From contig OZ024743.1 of assembly GCA_964016885.1 (NCBI GenBank), positions 137,888,001-137,952,000 of the forward strand: a stretch of DNA of 64,000 nt, given 5' to 3'. Below are positions 1 through 10,300 of the stretch, piece by piece. This DNA comes from Eledone cirrhosa. Lineage: Eukaryota. The translations under genes were made by a program, and so were the position numbers. The notes below the pieces were generated by a model. It was not told where the DNA came from, searched no databases, and saw nothing but the letters and a program-made list of their open reading frames with translations. How positions within the stretch are numbered: position 1 is the stretch's first letter; every line of letters starts with the position of its first letter.

Positions 1-2776
1 GCGCCAAACACCAAACACCAAGCGCCAAGCACCAAATACCAAACACCAAGCACCAAGCACCAAGTACCAAACACCAAGCACCAATCACCAAACACCAAGC
101 ACCAAGTGCCAAACACCAAACACCAAACACCTAGCACCAAGTACCAAGCACCAAACACCAAGCACCAAACACCAGGCACCAAGCACCAAGCACCAAACAC
201 CAAGCACCAAACACCAAGCACCAGACACCAAGCACCAAGCTCCAAGCACCAAGCACCAAAAACCAAGCACCAAGCTCCAAGCACCAAACACCAAGCACCA
301 AACACCAAACACCAAGCACCAAGCACCAAACACCAAGCACCAAGCGCCAAACACCAAACACCAAGCACCAAGCACCAAATACCAAGCACCAAGCACCAAG
401 CACCAAACACCAAACACCAAACACCAAACACCAAACACCAAGCACCAAGCACCAAACACCAAACACCAAGCACCAAGCACCAAACACCAAACACCAAGCA
501 CCAAGCACCAAACACCAAATACCAAGCACCAAACACCAAGCACCAAGCACCAAGCACCAAACACCAAGCACCAAACACCAAGCACCAGACACCAAGCACC
601 AAGCACCAAACACCAAGCACCAAACAACAAACACCAAGCACCAAGCACCAAACACCAAGCACCAAGCGCCAAACACCACACACCAAGCACCAAATACCAA
701 GCACTAAACACCAAACACCAAGCACCAAGCACCAAACACCAAGCACCAAACACCAAACAGCAAAAACCAAACACCAAACACCAAACAGCAAACAGCAAAC
801 ACCAAACAGCAAACACCAAACAGCAAACACCAAACACCAAACACCAACCAGCAAATACCAAACACCAAACACCAAACGCCAAACATTAAACGCCAAACAC
901 CAAACGCCAAACAGCAAACACCAAACACCAAATGCCAACCAGCAAGCACCAAGCACCAAACACCAAGCACCAAGCACCAAACACCAAACACCAAGCACCA
1001 AGCACCAAACACCAAACACAAAGCACCAAGCACCAAGCACCAAACACCAAACACCAAACACCAAACATCAAACACCAAACAGCAAACACCAAATAGCAAA
1101 CACCAAACAGCAAACAGCAAACACAAAACACCAAACACCAAGCACCAAGCACCAAACACCAAGCACCAAGCAACAAGCACCAATCACCAAGCACCAAGCA
1201 CTAAACACCAAAAACCTAGGACCAAGCACCAAGCACCAAACACCAAGCACCATGCACCAAGCACCAAACACCAAGCACCAAAGACCAAGCACCAAATACC
1301 AAGCACCAAGCACCAAACACCAATCACCAAGTACCAAGCACCAAGTCCCAAGCACCAAACACCAAGCACCAATCACCAAACACCAAACACCAAGCACCAA
1401 GCACCAAACACCAAAAATCAAGCACCAAGCACCAAGCACCAAACACCAAACGCCAAACACAAAATACCAAGCACCAAGCACCAAACACCAAGCACCAAGC
1501 GCCAAAGACCAAACACCAAAAACCAAGCACAAAACACCAAGCACCAAGCACCGAGCACCAAACACCAAGTACCAAGCACCAATCACCAAACACCAAGCAC
1601 CAATCACCAAACACCAAACACCAAGCACCAAGCACCAAGCACCAAGCATCAAGCACCAAGCACCAAACACCAAGCACCAAGCACCAAGCACCAAACACAA
1701 AACAACAAGTACCAAGCACCAAACACTTAACACCAAACACCAAGCACCAAGCACCAAACACCAAACACCAAGCACCAAGCACCAGACGCCAAGCACCAAG
1801 CACCAAGCACCAGACACTAAGCACCAAGCACCAAACACCAAGCACCAAACACCAAGCACCAAGCACCAAACACCAAACACCAAGCACCAAGCACTAAACA
1901 CCAAACACCAAGCACTAAGCACCAAGCACCAAGCACCAAGCACCAAGCACCAAGCACCAAACACAAAGCACCAAGCACCAAACAGCAAACACCAAGCACC
2001 AAACACCCAACCCCAAGCACCAAGCACCAAGCACAAAACACCAAGCACCAAACACCAAGCACCAAGCCCCAAGCACCAAACACCAAGCACCAAGCACCAA
2101 ACACCAAGCACCAAGCACCAAGCACCATACACCAAACACCAAGCACCAAGCACCAAACAGCAAACACCAAACAGCAAACACCAAACACCAAACACCAACC
2201 AGCAAACACCAAACACCAAACACCAAACAGCAAACACCAAACAGCAAACACCAAACAGCAAACACCAAACAGCAAACGCCAAAAAGCAAACGCCAAACCC
2301 CAAACGCCAAACAGCAAATGCCAAAACCCAAACGCCAAACAGCAAACGCCAAGCGCCAAACACCAAACACCAAGCGCCAAGCACCAAACACCAAACACCA
2401 AGCACCAAACACCAAGTACCAAACACCAAACACCAAGCACCAAACACCAAACAGCAAGCACCAATCACCAAACACCAAGCACCAAGCGCCAAACACTAAA
2501 CACCAAACACCTAGCACCAAGCACCAAGCACCAAACACCAAGCACCAAACACCAAGCACCAAGCACCAAGCACCAAACACCAAGCACCAAACACCAAGCA
2601 CCAGACACCAAGCACCAAGCACCAAGCACCAAGCACCAAAAACCAAGCACCAAGCTCCAAGCACCAAACGCCAAGCACCAAACACCAAGCAGCACCAAGC
2701 ACCAAACACCAAGCACCAAGCGCCAAACACCAAACACCAAGCACCAAGCACCAAATACCAAGCACCAAGCACCAAG
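1..2776 (-). repeat. Inverted arm of the satellite, (CACCAAR)n on the + strand, about 396 units
   Basis: The + strand reads CACCAAG/CACCAAA, the reverse complement of the unit found after 2777. The + strand here is A/C-rich and almost free of T. Confidence 0.98.
1..2776 (-). repeat. About 2.38-kb higher-order repeat in the inverted arm (1-~400 recurs at ~2353-2776)
   Basis: Rare variants recur in the same order. CTAGCACC at 131 and 2511 and CCAGACACC at 221 and 2601 are both offset by 2380 (340x7). CCAAATACC at 375 and 2751 is offset by 2376, after a 4-bp deletion near 2690. Confidence 0.85.
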
Positions 2777-2796
2777 CTTGGTGCTTGGTGCTTGGT
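2757..2796. other. Inversion junction: spacerless perfect 40-bp palindrome centred on AAG|CTT (2776/2777)
   Basis: The sequence is ACCAAGCACCAAGCACCAAG|CTTGGTGCTTGGTGCTTGGT. The 20-bp arms pair perfectly, and the first mismatch is T2756 against G2797. Confidence 0.97.
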
Positions 2797-3119
2797 GCTT
2801 GGTGTTTGGTGCTTGGTGCTTGGTGCTTGGTGTTTGGTGCTTGGTGCTTGGTGCTTGCTCTTTGGTGGTTGCTGTTTGGTGCTTGGTGTTTGGTGCTTGG
2901 TGCTTGGTGCTGGGTGGTTGGTGTTTGGTGCTTGGTGCTTGGTGTTTGGTGCTTGGTGCTTGGTGCTTGTTGTTTGGTGCTTGGTGCTTGGTCTTTGGTG
3001 CTTGGTGTTTGGTGTTTGGTGATTGGTGCTTGGTGCTTGGTGCTTGGTGTTTGGTGCTTGGTGCTTGGTGATTAGTGTTTGGTGCTTGGTGCTTGGGGTT
3101 TGGTGTTTTGTGCTTAGTG

Positions 3120-4340
3120 CTTGGTGTTTGGTGTTTGGTGTTTGCTGTTTGGTGTCTGCTTTTTGGTATTTGGTGTTTGCTGTATGGTGTTTGCTGTTTC
3201 GTATTTGGTGTTTGCTGTTTGGTGTTTGGTGTTTGGTGTTTGGTGCTTGGTGTTTGGTGCCTGGTGCTTGGTGTTTGGCGTTTGGTGTTTGGTGTTTGGT
3301 GCTTGGTGCCTGGTGCTTGTTGTTTGGTGTTTGGTACTTGGTGCTTGGTGTTTGGTGTTTGGTGTTTGCTGTTTGGTGTCTGCTTTTTGGTATTTGGTGT
3401 TTGCTGTATGGTGTTTGCTGTTTCGTATTTGGTGTTTGCTGTTTGGTGTTTGGTGTTTGGTGTTTGGTGCTTGGTGTTTGGTGCCTGGGGCTTGGTGCTT
3501 GGTGTTTGGTGTTTGGTGTTTGGTGCTTGGTGCCTGGTGCTTGTTGTTTGGTGTTTGGTACTTGGTGCTTGGTGTTTGGTGTTTGGTGCTTGGTGTCTGG
3601 TGTTTGGTGCTTGGTGTTTGGTGTTTGGTGCTTGGTGCTTGGTGTTGGTGTTTGGTGTTTGGTGCTTGGTGCTTGGTGTTTTGTGTTTGGTGCTTAGTGC
3701 TTGGTGTTTGGTGTTTGGTGCTTGGTGTTTGGTGTTTGGTGTTTGATGCTTGGTTTTTGCTGCTTGGTGCTTGGTGCTTGGTGCTTGGTGTTCTGTGTTT
3801 GGTGCTTGATGCTTGGTGCCTGGTGCTTGGTGCTTGGTGCTTGTTGTTTGGTGCTTGGTGCTTGGTGATTAGTGTTTGGTGCTTCGTGCTTGGTGTTTGG
3901 TGTTTGGTGTTTCGTGCTTGGTGCTTGGTGTTTGGTGCCTGGTGCTTGGTGCTTGGTGTTTGGTGTTTGGTGTTTGGTGCTTGGTGCCTGGTGCTTGTTG
4001 TTTGGTGTTTGGTACTTGGTACTTGGTGTTTGGTGTTTGGTGCTTGGTGTCTGGTGTTTGGTGCTTGGTGTTTGGTGTTTGGTGCTTGGTGCTTGGTGTT
4101 GGTGTTTGGTGTTTGGTGCTTGGTGCTTGGTGTTTTGTGTTTGGTGCTTAGTGCTTGGTGTTTGGTGTTTGGTGCTTGGTGTTTGGTGTTTGGTGTTTGA
4201 TGCTTGGTTTTTGCTGCTTGGTGCTTGGTGCTTGGTGCTTGGTGTTCTGTGTTTGGTGCTTGATGCTTGGTGCCTGGTGCTTGGTGCTTGGTGCTTGTTG
4301 TTTGGTGCTTGGTGCTTGGTGATTAGTGTTTGGTGCTTGG
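3120..4340 (+). repeat. Local tandem duplications of 224 bp and 454 bp
   Basis: The TCTGCTT block occurs at 3155 and 3379 (offset 224 = 32x7). A 6-bp unit TTGGTG occurs at 3645 and 4099, and ORF ends pair as 3697/4151 and 3746/4200 (offset 454 = 65x7-1). Boundaries are approximate. Confidence 0.85.
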
Positions 4341-7300
4341 TGCTTGGTGTTTGGTGTTTGGTGTTTCGTGCTTGGTGTCTAGTGTTTGGGTTTTGGTGTT
4401 GGTGCTTGGTGCTTGGTGTTTAGTGTTTGGTGCTTGGTGCTTGGTGTTTGGTGATTGGTGCTTGGTGTTTGGTGCTTGGTGCTTTGTGCTTGGTGTTTGG
4501 TGCTGGGTGCTTGGTGTTTGGTGCTTGGTGCTTGGTGTTTGGTGTTTGGTGCTTGGTACTTGGTGTTTGGTGTGTGATGCTTGGTGTTTGATGCTTGTTG
4601 CTTGGTGCTTGGTGTTTTGTGTTTGGTGTTTGGTGCTTGGTGTATGTACTTGGTGCTTGGTGCTTGGTGTTTGGTGCTTGGTTCTTGGTGTTTGGTGCTT
4701 GGTGCTTGGTGCTTGGTGTTTGGTGCTTGGTGCTTGGTGTTTGGTGCTTGGTGTTTGGTGTTTGGTGCTTGGTGTTTGGTGCTTGGTGCTTGGTGCTTGG
4801 TGTTAAGTGTTTGGTGCTTGGTGCTTGGTGTTTGGTGCTTCGTGCTTGGTGCTTGGTGTTTGGTGCATGGTGCTTGGTGTTTGGGGCTTGGTGCCTGGTG
4901 CTTTGTGTTTGGTGCTAGGTGCTTGGTGCTTGGTCTTTGGTGTTTGGTGCTTGGTGCTTGGTGTTTGGTGCTAGGTGTTTGGTGTTTGGTGTTCGGTGCT
5001 TGGTGCTTGGTGCTTGGTGCTTGGTGTTAGGTGTTTGGTGCTTGGTGCTTGGTGTTTGATGTTTGGTCCTTGGTGCTTGGTGTTTGGTGTTTGGTGCTTG
5101 GTGCTTGGTGTTTCGTGTTTGGTGCTTGCTGCTTGCTGCTTGGTGTTTGGTGCTTGGTGATTGGTGCTTGGTGTTTGGTGCTTGGTGCTTGGTGTTTGGT
5201 GTTTCGTGCTATGTGCTTGGTGCTTGGTGCTTGGTGTTTGGTGCTTGGTGCTTGGTGTTTGGTGTTTGGTGCTTGATGCTTGGGGCCTGGTGTTTGGTGC
5301 TTGGTGATTGGTGCTTGGTGTTTGGTGCTTGGTGCTTGGTGCTTGGTGTTTGGTGTTTGGTGTTTGGTGCTTGGTGTTTGGTGCTTGGTGCTTGGGGTTT
5401 GGTGTTTGGTGCTTGGTGTTTGGTGTTTGGTGTTTGCTGTATGGTGTTTGCTGTTTCGTGTTTGGTGTTTGCTGTTTGGTGTTTAATGCTTGGTGCTTGG
5501 TGCTTGGTGTTTGGTGCTTGGTGTTTGGTGTTTGGCGTTTGCTGTTTGCTGTTTGGTGTTTGGTGCTTGCTGTTTGGTGCTTGGTGCTTGGTGCTGGTTG
5601 GTTGGTGTTTGGTGCTTGGGGCTTGGTGTTTGGTGCTTGGTGCTTGGTGCTTGTTGTTTGGTGCTTGGTGTTTGGTGTTTGGTGCTTGGTGCTTGGTGCT
5701 TGGTGTTTGGTGCTTGGTGCTTGGTGCTTGGTGTTTGGTGGTTGGTGCTTGGTGATTAGTGTTTGGTGCTTGATGCTTGGGGTTTGGTGTTTTGTGCTTA
5801 GTGCTTGGTGTTTGGTGTTTGCTGTTTGGTGTCTGCTTTTTGGTATTTGGTGTTTGCTGTATGGTGTTTGCTGTTTCGTATTAGGTGTTTGCTGTTTGGT
5901 GTTTGGTGTTTGGTGTTTGGTGCTTGGTGTTTGGTGCTTGGTGCTTGGTGTTTGGCGTTTGGTGCTTGGTGCTTGGTGTTTGGTGCTTGGTGCTTGGTGT
6001 TTGGTGTTTGGTGCTTGGTGTTTGGTGTTTGGTGCTTGGTACTTGGTGTTTGGTGTGTGAAGCTTGGTGATTGATGCTTGTTGCTTGGTGCTTGGTGTTT
6101 GCTGTTTGGTGTTTGGTGCTTGGTGTATGTACTTGGTGCTTGGTGCTTGGTGTTTGGTGCTTGGTTCTTGGTGTTTGGTGCTTGGTGCTTGGTGCTTGGT
6201 GTTTGGTGCTTGGTGCTTGGTGTTTGGTGCTTGGTGTTTGGTGTTTGGTGCTTGGTGTTTGGTGCTTGGTGCCTGTTGCTTGGTGTTAAGTGTTTGGTGC
6301 TTGGTGCTTGGTGTTTGGTGCTTCGTGCTTGGTGCTTGGTGTTCGGTGCATGGTGCTTGGTGTTTGGGGCTTGGTGCCTGGTGCTTTGTGTTTGGTGCTA
6401 GGTGCTTGGTGCTTGGTCTTTGGTGTTTGGTGCTTGGTGCTTGGTGTTTGGTGCTAGGTGTTTGGTGCTTGGTGTTCGGTGCTTGGTGCTTGGTGCTTGG
6501 TGCTTGGTGATTGGTGCTTGGTGCTTGGTGCTTGATGCTTGGTGTTTGGTGCTTGGTGCTGGGTGTTTGGTGTTTGGTGCTTGGTGCTTGGGGCTTGGTG
6601 TTTGGTGCTTGGTGTTTGGTGCTTGGTGTTTGGTGCTTGGTGCTTGGTGCTTGGTGTTTGGTGTTTGGTGTTTGGTGCTTGGTGTTTTGTGCTTGGTGCT
6701 TGTTGCTGGGTGGTTGGTGTTTGGTGCTTGTTGCTTGGTGTTTGGTGCTTGGTGCTTGGTGCTTATTGTTTGGTGATTGGTGCTTGGTGCTTGGTGCTTG
6801 GTGTTTGGTGCTTGGTGCTTGGTGCTTGGTGTTTGGTGCTTGGTGCTTGGTGCTTGGTTATTAGTGTTTGGTGCTTGGTGCTTGGGGTTTGGTGTTTGGT
6901 GCTTGGTGTTTGGTGTTTGGTGTTTGCTGTATGGTGTTTGCTGTTTCGTGTTTGGTGTTTGCTGTTTGGTGTTTAATGCTTGGTGCTTGGTGCTTGGTGT
7001 TTGGTGCTTGGTGCTTGGTGTTTGGTGCTTGGTGCTTGGTGCTTGTTGTTTGGTGCTTGGTGCTTGGTCTTTGGTGCTTGGTGTTTGGTGTTTGGTGCTT
7101 GGTGCTTGGTGCTTGGTGTTTGGTGCTTGGTGCTTGGTGCTTGGTGTTTGGTGGTTGGTGCTTGGTGATTAGTGTTTGGTGCTTGATGCTTGGGGTTTGG
7201 TGTTTTGTGCTTAGTGCTTGGTGTTTGGTGTTTGCTGTTTGGTGTCTGCTTTTTGGTATTTGGTGTTTGCTGTAAGGTGTTTGCTGTTTCGTATTTGGTG

Positions 7301-7399
7301 TTTGCTGTTTGGTGTTTAGTGTTTGGTGTTTGGTGTTTGGTGCTTGGTGCTTGGTGCTTGTTGTTTATTGTTTGGTGTTTGGTGCTTGGTGTTTGGTGC

Positions 7400-10300
7400 T
7401 TGGTGCTTGGTGCCGGGTGGTTGGTGTTTGGTGCTTGGTGCTTGGTGCTTGGTGTTTGGTGCTTGGTGCTTGGTGCTTGTTATTTGGTGCTTGGTGCTTG
7501 GTGCTTGGTCTTTGGTGCTTGGAGTTTGGTGGTTGGTGCTTGGTGCTTGGTGTTTGGTGTTTGGTGTTTGCTGTTTGGTGTTTGCTGTTTGGTGTCTGCT
7601 TTTTGGTGTTTGGTGTTTGCTGTATGGTGTTTGCTGTTTCGTATTTGGTTTATGCTGTTTGGTGTTTGGTGTTTGTTGTTTGATGCTGCGTGCTTGGTGT
7701 TTGGTGTTTGGTGCTTTGTGCTTGGTGCTTGGTGTTTGGCATTTGGTGCTTGGTGCTTGGTGTTTGGTGCTTGGTGCTTAGTGCTTGGTGTTTGGTGTTT
7801 GGTGCTTGGTGCCTGGTGCTTGTTGTTTGGTGTTTGGTGCTTAGTGCTTGGTGTTTGGTGTTTGGTGCTTGGTGCTTGGTGGCTGGTGGTTGGTGCTTGG
7901 TGTTTGGTGTTTGGTGTTTGGTGCTTGGTGCTTGGTGCCTGGTGTTTGGTGCCTGGTGCTTGGTGCTTGTTGTTTGGTATTTGGTGCTTGGTGTTTGGTG
8001 TTTGGTAATTGGTGCTTGGTGCTTGGTGCTTGGTGTTTGGTCCTTGGTGCTTGGTGCTTGGTCTTTGCTGCTTGGGGTTTGGTGTTCGGTGCTTGGTGCT
8101 TGGTGTTTGGTGCCTGGTGCTTGGTGCTTGGTGTTTGGTGTTTAATGCTTGGTGCTTGGTGCTTGGTGTTTGGTACTTGGTGCTTGGTGCTTGGTGTTTG
8201 GCATTTGCTGTTTGCTGTTTGGTGTTTGGTGCTTGCTGTTTGGTGTTTGGTGTTTGGTGTTTGGTGTTTGGTGCTTGCTGTTTGGTGTTTGGTACTTGGT
8301 GCTTGGTGATTAGTGTTTGGTGCATGGTCCTTGGTGTTTGTTGTTTGGTGTTTGGTGCTTGGTGTTTGGTGCTTGGTGCTTGCTGTTTGGTGGTTGGTGC
8401 TTGGTGTTTGGTGTTTGGTGTTTGGTGCTTGGTGCTTGGTGTTTGGTCCTTGGTGCTTGGTGCTTGGTCTTTGCTGCTTGGGGTTTGGTGTTTGGTGCTT
8501 GGTGCTTGGTGCTTGGTGTTTGGTGCTTGGTGCTTGGTGCTTGGTGTTTGGTGTTTGGTGCTTGCTGCTTGGTGCTTGGTGCTTGGTGTTTGGTGATTGG
8601 TGCTTGGTGCTTGGTGTTTGGCGTTTGCTGTTTGCTGTTTGGTGTTTGGTGTTTGCTGTTTGGTGTTTGCTGTTTGGTGTTTGGTGCTTGGTGCTTGGTG
8701 GCTGGTGTTTGGTGCTTGGTGTTTGGATTTTGGTGCTTGGTGCTTGGTGCCTGGTGTTTGGTGTTTGGTGCTTGGTGTTTGGTGTTTGGTACTTGGTGCT
8801 TGGTGCTTGGTGCTTGGTGTTTGGTGCTTGGTGCTTGGTGATTGGTGTTTGATGCTGCGTGTCTTGGTGTTTGGTGTTTGGTGCTTGGTGCTTGGTGTTT
8901 GGTGTTTGGAGCTTGGTGCCTGGTGCTTGTTGTTTGGTGCCTGGTGCTTGTTTTTTGGTGTTTGGTGTTTGGTGCTTGGTGTTTGGTGCTTGGTGCTTGG
9001 TGCTTGGTGTTTGGTGCTTAGTGCTTGGTGTTTGGTGCTTGGTGCTTGGTGGTTGGTGCTTGGTGCTTGGTGGTTGGTGCTTGGTGTTAGGTGTTTGGTG
9101 CTTGGTGCTTGGTGTTTGATGTTTGGTCCCTGGTGCTTGGTGTTTGGTGTTTGGTGCTTGGTGCTTGGTGTTTGGTGTTTGGTGCTTGCTGCTTGGTGCT
9201 TGGTGTTTTGTGTTTGGAGTTTGGTGTTGGTGTTTGGTGCTTCGGTCTTGGTGTTTGGTGTTTGGTGCTTGGTGCTTGGTGTTTGGTGCTTGGTGCCTGG
9301 TGCTTGGTGTTTGGTGCTTGGTGCTTGGTGTTTGGTGATTGGTGCTTGGTGTTTGGTGCTTGGTGCTTGGTGCTTGGTGCTTGGTGTTAGGTGTTTGGTG
9401 CTTGGTGCTTGGTGTTTGATGTTTGGTGCTTGGTGCTTGGTGTTTGGTGTTTGGTGCTTGGTGCTTGGTGTTTGGTGTTTGGTGCTTGCTGCTTGCTGCT
9501 TGGTGTTTGGTGCTTGGTGATTGGTGCTTGGTGTTTTGTGCTTGGTGCTTGGTGTTTGGTGTTTGGTGCTAGGGGCTTGGTGCTTGGTGCTTGGTGTTTG
9601 GTGCTTGGTGCTTGCTGTTTGGTGTTTGGTGCTTGGTGCGTTGGACTTAGTGTTTGGTGTTTGGTGCTTGGTGTTTGGTGCTTGGTGTTTGGGGCTTGGT
9701 CTTCGGTGCTTGGTGCTTGGTGCTTGGGGCTTGGTGTTTGGTGTTTGGTGCTTGGTGCTTGGTGTTTGATGTTGGGTCCTTGGTGCTTGGTGTTTGGTCT
9801 TTGGTGCTTGGTGTTTGGTGTTTGGTGCTTGGTGCTTGAGGTTTGGTGTTTGGTGCTTGGTTCTTGGGGCTTGGTGTTTGGTGCTTGGTGCTTGGTGTTT
9901 GGTGTTTGGTGCTTGGTGCTTGGGGCTTGGTGTCTGGTGCTTGGTGCTTGGAGCTTGGTGTTTAGTGTTTGGTGTTTGGTGCTTGGTGTTTGGTGCTTGG
10001 TGCTTGGTGCTGGGTGGTTGGTGTTTGGTGCTTGGTGCTTGGTGTTTGGTGCTTGGTGCTTGGTGCTTGTTGTTTGGTGCTTGGTGCTTGGTGCTTGGTC
10101 TTTGGTGCTTGGAGTTTGGTGGTTGGTGCTTGGTGCTTGGTGTTTGGTGTTTGGTGTTTGGTGTTTGCTGTTTGGTGTTTGGTGCTTGGTGCTTGGTGGC
10201 TGGTGTTTGGTGCTTGGTGTTTGGACTTTGGTGCTTGGTGCTTGGTGCCTGGTGTTTCATGCTTGGTGCTTGGTGCTTGGTGTTTGGTGTTTGGTGCTTG

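Noticed and set aside
106-2499. 797-aa TKHQAPS-repeat ORF, and similar minus-strand ORFs such as 7480-10260 (926 aa), as mucin-like or repeat proteins
   Set aside because: The nucleotide period is 7, not a multiple of 3, and all frames give the same peptide. There is no unique domain, signal peptide or codon-position bias. The frames are open only because the unit contains no stop codon.
2774-2779. HindIII ligation or Hi-C artefact at the junction
   Set aside because: AAGCTT arises automatically when the unit is inverted at its GC dinucleotide, and a filled-in Hi-C junction would read AAGCTAGCTT. Another AAGCTT at 6060-6065 has no rearrangement. This is not fully excluded without reads.
2757-2796. 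Telomere-telomere end fusion
   Set aside because: An end fusion reads G-rich then C-rich on one strand. Here the order is C-rich then G-rich, the opposite polarity, and the motif is not a known telomere repeat.
1-5550. Replicated hairpin (protelomerase-type) end or fold-back read/MDA chimera
   Set aside because: Either would give mirror-image arms. Exact symmetry stops after 20 bp and the arms differ in their variant content.
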